Assembly (NCBI GenBank): GCA_032654565.1
Contig: JAULAX010000015.1
Location: 128,001 to 192,000, forward strand
Direction of reading: 5' to 3'
Length of the DNA stretch: 64,000 bases
Source: Anaeromyxobacteraceae bacterium
GTDB lineage: Bacteria; Myxococcota; Myxococcia; Myxococcales; Anaeromyxobacteraceae
The notes under the pieces were generated by a model. That model worked only from the letters and a program-made list of their open reading frames with translations. It was not told the DNA's origin and made no database searches. Shown one piece after another: positions 37,769 to 45,875 of the stretch. Positions within the stretch are counted from its first letter, which is position 1, and each line of letters starts with the position of its first letter. The translations under genes and the position numbers were made by a program.

Positions 37769-39097
37769 ATGCCCACCCTGCGAGACCTCACCCGGGCCGG
37801 GCTCTGGCTGGGGCTCTACGTCCTGCTGGCGCTCTGGCCGCTGCTGCTCCTGCTGGCCGCCCCGGGGCCCCGCGGCGGCGGCTTCGCCGACGAGCTGGGC
37901 TCGGCGCTCGGCTTCCTGGCCATCTCGTTGATGGCCATGCAGTTCCTGCTCACCGCCCGCTTCGAGTGGCTGGCGCCCCCCTTCGGCACCGATCTCGTCT
38001 ACGCCTTCCACCGTCACATCACCATCGCCGTGGTGGTCTTCGCGCTGCTCCACCCGGTCTTCCTCTTCGGCTCGTCGCTGGGCATGGCGCTCTCCTGGCT
38101 CATCCCCGGCGCCGCCCCCTGGGAGATCGCCTCCGGCATCTGGGCCACCTGGGCGCTGCTGGCGCTGGCCGTCGCCTCCTGGCTCCGCAAGCGGCTCACC
38201 CTGCCCTACGAGGCCTGGCGCTGGACCCACGGCCCGCTGGCCGCCGCCGCCGTGCTGCTCGCCATCTGGCACGCGCTGATGGCCGGTCGGCTGCTCTCCC
38301 GCCCGGTGGTGCGCTGGCTCTGGCTGGCCTGGACGCTGGGCTGGGTGGGGCTGCTGCTGCGGGTGCGGGTCTTCAAGCCGCTGGCGCTGCGCCGCCGCCC
38401 CTGGACGGTCAGCGAGGTGCGCCCCGAGCCCGGCGACGCCGTCACCCTGGTGCTGGAGCCGGTCGGCCACGACGGCTTCCGCTTCCGCTCCGGCCAGTTC
38501 GCCTGGCTCACCCTGGGGGCCTCGCCCTTCGCCGGCCGCGAGCACCCCTTCTCCATCGCCTCCTCGGCGATGGCCGCCCCGCGCGTCGAGCTGACCATCA
38601 AGGCGGTCGGGGACTTCACCCGCGGCCTGCTGGCCGTGAAGCCGGGCCAGCCGGCCTTCCTCGACGGCCCCTTCGGCACCATGTCGATCGACGCCTTCCC
38701 CGACGCCGACGGCTACGTCTTCATCGCCGGCGGCAGCGGGGTGGTCCCCTGCATGTCGATGCTCCGCACCCTGGCCGACCGCGGCGACCGCCGCCCCCAC
38801 CTGCTCCTCTTCGGCAGCAGCGAGCTGTCGCGCACGCTGTTCCGCGAGCCGCTCCAGGCCCTCTCCACCCGGCTCGACCTGCGGGTGGTCCACGTGCTGG
38901 AGCGGCCGCCCGAGGGGTGGCGCGGCGAGCAGGGCTACCTGACCCAGGCCATGCTCGACCGCTGGCTGCCGCACCGCGGGCGGCACGCCTACTTCGTCTG
39001 CGGCCCCAACCCCATGATGGACGTGGCCGAGGCGGCGCTGGCCCGGCTGGGCGTGCCCATGTCCGACCTCCACTCGGAGCGGTTCGATCTGGTATGA
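37769..39097 (+). CDS. Ferric-reductase-like TM domain plus FAD/NAD-binding oxidoreductase
   Basis: TM His residues (AFHRH, LLHP, WTHG, IWHA), FRSGQFAWL, HPFSIAS, DGPFG, IAGGSG and CGPNPMM. Confidence 0.9.
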   Translation: MPTLRDLTRAGLWLGLYVLLALWPLLLLLAAPGPRGGGFADELGSALGFLAISLMAMQFLLTARFEWLAPPFGTDLVYAFHRHITIAVVVFALLHPVFLFGSSLGMALSWLIPGAAPWEIASGIWATWALLALAVASWLRKRLTLPYEAWRWTHGPLAAAAVLLAIWHALMAGRLLSRPVVRWLWLAWTLGWVGLLLRVRVFKPLALRRRPWTVSEVRPEPGDAVTLVLEPVGHDGFRFRSGQFAWLTLGASPFAGREHPFSIASSAMAAPRVELTIKAVGDFTRGLLAVKPGQPAFLDGPFGTMSIDAFPDADGYVFIAGGSGVVPCMSMLRTLADRGDRRPHLLLFGSSELSRTLFREPLQALSTRLDLRVVHVLERPPEGWRGEQGYLTQAMLDRWLPHRGRHAYFVCGPNPMMDVAEAALARLGVPMSDLHSERFDLV

Positions 39098-39104
39098 GGG
39101 CGCC

Positions 39105-39992
39105 ATGAGCGCGAATCGCTTCCAGGTCGGCCTGGTCCAGATGGCGATGTCCACCGACCCGGCCCGGAACACCGCCACCGCGGCGGCCCGCATCGCCGAG
39201 GCGGCCGGGCGCGGTGCCCAGGTGGTCTGCCTGCCGGAGATGTTCCGCACCCCCTACTTCTGCCAGACCGAGACCCACGCCCACTTCGCGCTGGCCGAGG
39301 CGGCCGACGGCCCCTCGGTGCAGGCGCTGGCGCCGGTGGCGAAGCGGCACGGGGTGGCGGTGGTGGTCCCCATCTTCGAGAAGCGGGCGCCCGGCCTCTA
39401 CCACAACAGCGCCGTCATCCTCGACGCCGACGGCAGCGTCGCCGGGCTCTACCGCAAGATGCACATCCCCGACGACCCGGCCTTCTACGAGAAGTTCTAT
39501 TTCACCCCGGGTGACCTGGGGTTCAAGGCCTTCGACACCCGCCACGGCCGCATCGGCACGCTCATCTGCTGGGACCAGTGGTACCCGGAGGCGGCCCGGC
39601 TCACCGCCCTGGCCGGGGCCGCGGTGCTCTTCTACCCCACCGCCATCGGCTGGCACCCGGCCGAGAAGGCCCAGCACGGCGCCGCCCAGCGCGACGCCTG
39701 GAGGACGGCGCAGCGGGCCCACGCCATCGCCAACGGCTGCTACGTGGCGGCGGTGAACCGGGTCGGCCACGAGCGCGACCAGCCCGGCGACGCCGGCCTG
39801 GAGTTCTGGGGCACCTCCTTCGTCTGCGATCCCTCCGGCGTGGTGGTGGCCGAGGCCTCCACCGACCAGGAGGAGATCCTGGTGGCCACCGTCGATCTCG
39901 GGAAGATCGACGAGACCCGCACCCACTGGCCCTTCCTGCGCGACCGGCGCATCGACGCCTACGGCGATCTCACCCGCCGCTTCCGCGACTGA
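39105..39992 (+). CDS. aguB: N-carbamoylputrescine amidase (carbon-nitrogen hydrolase)
   Basis: CLPE, YRKMHIPDDP, YEKFYFTPGDLG, ICWDQWYPE and YPTAIG; adjacent to agmatine deiminase. Confidence 0.9.
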   Translation: MSANRFQVGLVQMAMSTDPARNTATAAARIAEAAGRGAQVVCLPEMFRTPYFCQTETHAHFALAEAADGPSVQALAPVAKRHGVAVVVPIFEKRAPGLYHNSAVILDADGSVAGLYRKMHIPDDPAFYEKFYFTPGDLGFKAFDTRHGRIGTLICWDQWYPEAARLTALAGAAVLFYPTAIGWHPAEKAQHGAAQRDAWRTAQRAHAIANGCYVAAVNRVGHERDQPGDAGLEFWGTSFVCDPSGVVVAEASTDQEEILVATVDLGKIDETRTHWPFLRDRRIDAYGDLTRRFRD

Positions 39993-39998
39993 GGTCCG

Positions 39999-41081
39999 AT
40001 GGCCCCGAAGACGCCCGCCGCGCAGGGCTTCGCCATGCCGGCGGAGTGGGAGCGCCACCAGGCCACCTGGCTGGCCTGGCCGCACAACGTCCGTGACTGG
40101 CCCGGCAAGTTCGCCCCCATCCCCTGGGTCTTCGCCGAGATCGTCCGGCTCATCGCCCGCGGCGAGACGGTGCGGCTGCTGGTGGAGGACGCCGCCGCCG
40201 AGCGCAAGGTGCGGGCGCTGCTGGGCCGGGTCGGGGCGCCGCTGGCCGCGGTCGAGTTCCACCGCTTCCCCACCGACCGGATCTGGTGCCGCGACGCCGG
40301 CCCCATCTGGCTGGTGCGGGGCGGGCCGCGGCCGGCCCGGGCCATCGCCGGCTTCAGGTTCAACGCCTGGGCCAAGTACGACGACTGGAAGAAGGACGCC
40401 CGCACCCCGGCGCGCGCCGCCCGGGCGCTGGGGGTGCCGCTGCTGCCCATGGTGCACGCCGGGCGGGAGGTGGTGCTGGAGGGCGGCTCCATCGACGTCA
40501 ACGGCGCCGGGAGCATCCTCACCACCGAGGAGTGCCTGCTCGACCCCGCGGTCCAGGTGCGCAACCCCGGCTTCACGAGGCACGACTACCAGCGGCTCTT
40601 CGGCGACCTGCTGGGCGCGCCCCACACCATCTGGCTCGGTCGCGGCATCGCCGGCGACGACACCCACGGCCACGTCGACGACCTCTGCCGCTTCGTCGAC
40701 GCCCGCACCGTCGTCCTCTGCCGCGAGCCGGACGGGACCGACCCGAACCACGCCCCGCTCGAGGAGAACCGCGAGCGGCTGGAGGGGGCGCGGCTGCAGG
40801 ACGGCTCGCGCCCGCAGGTGGTGGCCCTGCCCATGCCGGCGCCGGTGGTGCTCGACGGCCAGCGGCTGCCGGCCAGCTACGCCAACTTCTACGTGGCCAA
40901 CGCCGCGGTGCTGGTGCCCACCTTCAACGACCCCAACGACCGGGTGGCGCTCGGCATCCTCGGCGAGCTCTTCCCCGACCGGCCGGTGGTCGGCGTCCAC
41001 GCGGTGGACCTGGTCTGGGGGCTGGGAACGCTCCACTGCCTCTCGCAGCAGGAGCCGGCGATGCCGGCGCCGGCCCCGTAG
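39999..41081 (+). CDS. aguA: Agmatine deiminase
   Basis: MPAEWE, WCRDAGP, EGGSI, DDTHGHVDD, ASYANF and GTLHCLSQQ. Confidence 0.93.
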   Translation: MAPKTPAAQGFAMPAEWERHQATWLAWPHNVRDWPGKFAPIPWVFAEIVRLIARGETVRLLVEDAAAERKVRALLGRVGAPLAAVEFHRFPTDRIWCRDAGPIWLVRGGPRPARAIAGFRFNAWAKYDDWKKDARTPARAARALGVPLLPMVHAGREVVLEGGSIDVNGAGSILTTEECLLDPAVQVRNPGFTRHDYQRLFGDLLGAPHTIWLGRGIAGDDTHGHVDDLCRFVDARTVVLCREPDGTDPNHAPLEENRERLEGARLQDGSRPQVVALPMPAPVVLDGQRLPASYANFYVANAAVLVPTFNDPNDRVALGILGELFPDRPVVGVHAVDLVWGLGTLHCLSQQEPAMPAPAP

Positions 41082-41183
41082 GGCGGCCCCCGGGGGCGGC
41101 GGGCGGCGGCCACCCCCGCCTTGTCTTTCTCGCGGCCACCCCCGACACTCGCACCACCTCCGCTTCGCCACAGGTGGTGCTCC

Positions 41184-42380
41184 ATGTTCGAGTCACTCGT
41201 TCCCAGGGGACCGGCGGTCCCCGCCCGCCGCCGCCTGCGCCTGCGCCTGGCGCTCGGGGTTGCCGCCCTGCTCTCGGCCTTCCCCGCCGCCGGCGCCCCC
41301 GCCGACACCCGGCCCAAGATGGCGGTGCTCGACTTCCAGCCCTCCGGGGCCAGCGCCTCGCTGGCCGGCGCCGCCACCGGCGCGGTGGCCACCGAGCTCG
41401 ACCGGCTGCAGGTCTTCAAGGTGGTCACCAGCGAGGCCATCCGCGGCATGCTGGCGCTGGAGCGGCAGAAGCAGATGCTGGGGTGCTCTGCCGACAGCGC
41501 CGCCTGCCTCGCCGAGATCGGCGGCGCCCTGGGGGTCGACTACCTGGTCTCGGGCCGGGTCATCGGCCTCGGCGGCGGCGCCAACGGCTCGATGACCTAC
41601 ACGCTGGAGGTCACGCTCTCCAACGTCAAGAAGGCCTCCCGCGACGGCTCGGCGCTGGAGAAGGCCGCCAGCGAGGCCGCGCTCATCTCGCTGGTGCCCC
41701 GTGCCGTCGGCAAGCTCACCGCCCGGCTCCTCGCCACGCGGACCGGCAAGCTGGTGGTCACCTCCACCGAGACCGGCGCCGTGGTCAAGGTGGACGAGCA
41801 GGCGCGCGGCACCACGCCGCTCCCCGGACCGCTCGAGGTGCCGAGCGGCCCGCGCACGCTCTCGGTGGAGAAGCAGGGCTTCGTCACCTGGCAGACCGAC
41901 GTGGTCGTCCAGCCCGGCAAGATGACCGGCGAGACGGTGACGCTGATGCCAAGCCCGGACTTCATCGAGGCCTACGAGTCGCGGGCCCGCAAGATGCGGA
42001 TCGGCGCCTGGACCGCCACCGGGGTGGCGGTGGCCGGCCTGGCCACCACCGTCCTCATGCAGCTGCGCGCCAACAGCCTCTACGGGAACTCCTCCACGCC
42101 GGGGACCTTCCTCTACTACCGGCAGCGACTCACCGACGGGGTGGTGGCGCCCGGCGGCGGCGACTACCGAGCCGACGTCACCCGGCTCGCCGGCCAGGTG
42201 ACCACCGCCGAGAACCTCTCCTACGTCGGCGCCGGCGTGGCCGCGGTGGGCGGCGGCTTCGCCATCTGGCTCTGGCTGGCCGGCGACGATCCGGGGCGCT
42301 ATTCCCGCTACCACGCCTCCGCGCTCCAGCTCCTCCCCATCCCCGGCGGCGCCGCCCTGGCGCTCTCCGGCGCCTTCTGA
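41184..42380 (+). CDS. Secreted PEGA-domain protein with an N-terminal alpha/beta domain and hydrophobic C-terminal segments
   Basis: Signal peptide; C...CLAEIGGALGVDYLVSG; PEGA GAVVKVD...GTTPL...VEKQGF; C-terminus PIPGGAALALSGAF. Confidence 0.8.
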   Translation: MFESLVPRGPAVPARRRLRLRLALGVAALLSAFPAAGAPADTRPKMAVLDFQPSGASASLAGAATGAVATELDRLQVFKVVTSEAIRGMLALERQKQMLGCSADSAACLAEIGGALGVDYLVSGRVIGLGGGANGSMTYTLEVTLSNVKKASRDGSALEKAASEAALISLVPRAVGKLTARLLATRTGKLVVTSTETGAVVKVDEQARGTTPLPGPLEVPSGPRTLSVEKQGFVTWQTDVVVQPGKMTGETVTLMPSPDFIEAYESRARKMRIGAWTATGVAVAGLATTVLMQLRANSLYGNSSTPGTFLYYRQRLTDGVVAPGGGDYRADVTRLAGQVTTAENLSYVGAGVAAVGGGFAIWLWLAGDDPGRYSRYHASALQLLPIPGGAALALSGAF

Positions 42381-42389
42381 GTGGACGCC

Positions 42390-45300
42390 ATGACGCCCTC
42401 CTGCCCCCGCTCCGTGCGCGCCACCCTCTCCCTCCTCGGGCTCGCCCTCTCCCTCTCCGGCTGCCGCCGCGACGTCGGCGTCCCGCCACCCTCCACCTTC
42501 GCCGTCGTCGACGCCTTCCCCTCGGCGGCGCCCCGCGAGACCCTGCTGCTCGTCGCCACCGGCGGGACGCAGCCCTACGCCTACGCCTTCGCCGCCGGCG
42601 GCCCCGGCTCGGGGCTGGGCGCCACGGTCGACGCCTCCGGCCACTACCAGGCCGGCGCCTGGGGCCCCGCCCTCGACGTCGTCGAGGTGCGCGACGCCGC
42701 CGGGGCCATGCGCGAGGTGCGGGTCTCGGTCGGGCCGCCGCTGCAGGTGACGCCCACCCAGGCCTTCGTGGCGCCGGGCGGCAGCGTCGGCTTCGTGGCC
42801 TCCGGCGGGAAGCAGCCCTACGCCCTGGAGTTCACCGGGGCGGGGGCCCACCACGGCACCACGGCCGGGACCACCTTCACGGTCGAGGCCGGCGGCGGCT
42901 GCGCCGGGCTGGTCTCGGATCCGGCCACCGTGACCCTGCGGCTGGTGGACGGCACCGGCACCGCCAGCCCGACGCTCAGCGTCGAGATCGGCCGGGGGCT
43001 CGATCTCTTCCCCGCCGCCGGCGTCGGCGCCGTGGCGCCGCACGAGACCATCGCCTTCCTCGCCTCCGGCGGCCAGCCGCCCTACCAGTTCTCCATGGCG
43101 GCCAACCCCTCGGCCGGACCCGGCGTCAACCCCGGTCGCGGCACCTACACCGCCGGCGCCACCGGCCAGGTCACCGACCGGGTCCAGGTGACCGACGCCA
43201 ACGGCCAGGTGGCCTGCTTCGCGGTGGCGGTCGGCCCCGAGCTCGGCTTCACCTTCTCCAACACCCGGGCGCGCCCCGGCCAGCCCATGAAGGTGCTGGC
43301 CAGCGGCGGTCGGCCGCCCTACCGGTTCCTCTTCGCCGACAAGGGGAACCGGAGCCGGGCCACGCTCGACGCCGTGAACGGCGACTACGTCCCCGGCTAC
43401 AACACCGGCGCCACCGACCTGATCACCGTGGCCGACGCCACCGGCGCCCCGGCGCTGCCGGCCCGGGCCATCCAGGTGGGGCCGGTGCAGGTGGACGCCT
43501 ATTACCCGGACCAGGGCTGCCTGGTCGGTGACGTCGACGGCAACGGCGTCCTCGACGCCGTGGCCATCAACTCGCAGCGCATCGCCACCACCGTGGAGCT
43601 GCGCCCCGGGAAGGCGCCGCGCCTGGCCACCACCACGGTCGGCGCCGTGCTCAGCGCCGCCGCCCTCGGTGACGTCGACGGCGACGGCCGGATGGACCTG
43701 GTGACCGTCTCGCCGCTGGACCTCACCCTCGAGGTGGAGCTGGGACAGGGCGACGGCTCCTTCGTCGTGGGGGGGCTCCGGGCGCCCGGGATCGTGGCCC
43801 GCAGGGTGGCCGTGGCGCGGGGCTCACGGCGCATCTTCAGCCTCGGCAGCGCCACCGGCTGCGGCGCCGGGCTGGCCTGGGTGGAGTACGACGCCACCAA
43901 GGCCTTGCTGGGGACGCCCGGCTGCGTCTCCATCGCCGGCAGCCTGGGCTCCTTCAGCTCGCTGGTGGCGGGCGACTTCGACGGGGACACGCTGGACGAC
44001 GCCGCCTACACCCGGACCACGACCCCCCAGGCGGTCTATTTCAGGCTGGCCAGGGAGGGGTTCGCCGTCGAGCACGCCGTGGCCCTGCCCGGCACCTGGC
44101 GGTACGAGGCCTACGCCGCCTCTTCCTCGCCGGCCCTCGAGGTCCGCCGCGATGGAGCCACCAGCTCCGACGTGGTCCTGGTGGTCTACGACGGGCCGCG
44201 CGCCACCACCGGCACCCGCACCGGCCTGGCCACGCTGCGGGGCGGCGCCGCCGGCCTGACGCTCCAGCAGGTGGACCGGGTGGACTTCGGCGGGCTCTAC
44301 AACATCCTCGGCATGACCGCGCTCGGCCTCGGCGCGGGGGCCACGCCGCGGTTGGCGGTCTCCAACGGCGCCGACGGGCAGGTGCTGATCTACGACTTCC
44401 CGGTCACCCCGGCCCCGCTGGCCCTCTCCGCCTGGCAGGTGGCGCCGCGCGACTACCGGGTCGCCGGGCTCTGCGGCGGCGACCTCGACGGCGACGGCCT
44501 CGACGACATGGTGATGACGCCGCGCGAGTACGGGACCCTCTCCGACGTGCTGCTCGGCGAGCTGGACGGTGGCTGGGATCGACGGCCGCGCTTCCACTCG
44601 ATCGGGAACGGGCTCATCGGCGACGTCGATGGTGACGGCGTCGCCGACTTCATCTCCCCGCTGCCGGGCCTGGGCCTCGAGGTGCTCCTTCCCGCCGGCG
44701 GCGAGATCGCGCTGGGGCCGGCCACGCCGACCGACGGCGTCCTCTTCGACGCCCGCGCCGCCGACTGGGACGGCGACGGCGTCCCCGACCTGATGGCCCG
44801 GCTCGGCGCCACCGGCTTCTCCCTGCTGCACGGGCTGGGTGCCGGCCGCTTCGGCCCCCAGGTCCCGGTCACGGTGACCAGCCCGGCGGGCGTGCCGTAC
44901 GACCCCATCGCGGTCTACTTCGCGGTGGCGCGCCTGGGTGGTGCCAGCCCGGGCCCCGACCTCTTCACCTACGTCCGCGCCGGATCCCAGCTCTACTACG
45001 CCGCGGTGGTCTTCTCCGACCCGACCCACGGCACCTTCGGCGTCTCGGACCTGCCCTTCGGAGCCTACCCATACTTCACCGGGGTGGCCGACCTGGACGG
45101 CGACGGGATCGACGACCTGGTGGTGGTGGGTGTCGGCGGCGCCATCCGGGTCGCGCTGGTCAAGCCCGGCACCCCCGGGTCCACCTGGCCCTTCCTGCCG
45201 TCGGTCGAGGTGCAGCCGGCCCCCACCACCTATTTCCCGTCCATGGCCGGGGTCATCGACGTGCCCGGCGCGGTCCCCCGCCGGCAGCGCGCCGTCGTCC

Positions 45301-45701
45301 TCGGCCTCGACGCCGTGCTGCTGGTCGAGGCGCCGGCGGGAGTTCCGCTGACCACCCCGAGCCCCATCAGCCTGGGAATCGACGTCATCGAGGTCGCTCC
45401 GGTTGGCGTCGCCGACGTGACCGGCGATGGCTGGCCCGACCTGGTGCTGATCGGCTACCTCACCACCACCGCCATCGACCCGGTGAGCTTCCGGTACCTG
45501 GGGGGCGACCTGCTGGTGCTGCGCGGCACGGCGACCGGGGGGTTCGAGGCCACGCCCGACCCGTCGCTGACGCTCCACCTCGGCGGCCTGCTGGGGGGCT
45601 CGACCCTCCCCAGCCCCGGCGGCGGCCCGGCCGACCTGCTGATATCGGGAGGGTCCTCCTCGGTGATCCTGCACAACGACGGGGCTGGCCACTTCCGGTG
45701 A
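42390..45701 (+). CDS. Large surface lipoprotein with (A)SGGxxPY beta-sandwich repeats and FG-GAP/VCBS repeats
   Basis: Lipobox LSGC; 4 GGxxPY repeats; many GDVDGDG/ADLDGDG motifs. Confidence 0.85.
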   Translation: MTPSCPRSVRATLSLLGLALSLSGCRRDVGVPPPSTFAVVDAFPSAAPRETLLLVATGGTQPYAYAFAAGGPGSGLGATVDASGHYQAGAWGPALDVVEVRDAAGAMREVRVSVGPPLQVTPTQAFVAPGGSVGFVASGGKQPYALEFTGAGAHHGTTAGTTFTVEAGGGCAGLVSDPATVTLRLVDGTGTASPTLSVEIGRGLDLFPAAGVGAVAPHETIAFLASGGQPPYQFSMAANPSAGPGVNPGRGTYTAGATGQVTDRVQVTDANGQVACFAVAVGPELGFTFSNTRARPGQPMKVLASGGRPPYRFLFADKGNRSRATLDAVNGDYVPGYNTGATDLITVADATGAPALPARAIQVGPVQVDAYYPDQGCLVGDVDGNGVLDAVAINSQRIATTVELRPGKAPRLATTTVGAVLSAAALGDVDGDGRMDLVTVSPLDLTLEVELGQGDGSFVVGGLRAPGIVARRVAVARGSRRIFSLGSATGCGAGLAWVEYDATKALLGTPGCVSIAGSLGSFSSLVAGDFDGDTLDDAAYTRTTTPQAVYFRLAREGFAVEHAVALPGTWRYEAYAASSSPALEVRRDGATSSDVVLVVYDGPRATTGTRTGLATLRGGAAGLTLQQVDRVDFGGLYNILGMTALGLGAGATPRLAVSNGADGQVLIYDFPVTPAPLALSAWQVAPRDYRVAGLCGGDLDGDGLDDMVMTPREYGTLSDVLLGELDGGWDRRPRFHSIGNGLIGDVDGDGVADFISPLPGLGLEVLLPAGGEIALGPATPTDGVLFDARAADWDGDGVPDLMARLGATGFSLLHGLGAGRFGPQVPVTVTSPAGVPYDPIAVYFAVARLGGASPGPDLFTYVRAGSQLYYAAVVFSDPTHGTFGVSDLPFGAYPYFTGVADLDGDGIDDLVVVGVGGAIRVALVKPGTPGSTWPFLPSVEVQPAPTTYFPSMAGVIDVPGAVPRRQRAVVLGLDAVLLVEAPAGVPLTTPSPISLGIDVIEVAPVGVADVTGDGWPDLVLIGYLTTTAIDPVSFRYLGGDLLVLRGTATGGFEATPDPSLTLHLGGLLGGSTLPSPGGGPADLLISGGSSSVILHNDGAGHFR

Positions 45702-45717
45702 CTTCGGAACCGCGGAA

Positions 45718-45875
45718 CCCGACCGAGGGTTCCGTAGAACGGCCGGTGGTCCGCGAAACGGCCGGGGGCCGCTGACGCCCCATGCGGAGGGCCGATCCCG
45801 ACCGAGGGTTCCGTGAAACGACCGGAGGTCCGCGAATCGGCCGGGGTCCGCTGACGCCCCTTGCGGGGCTCGACC
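45718..45875 (+). repeat. Two tandem 79-bp units, each starting with CCCGACCGAGGGTTCCG
   Basis: Units start at 45718 and 45797; internal ~19-bp subrepeats CCG-N5-CGGCCGG. Confidence 0.88.

Noticed and set aside
45718..45875. Possible CRISPR array
   Set aside because: Only two units, the inter-core sequences are homologous rather than unique spacers, and no cas operon is present
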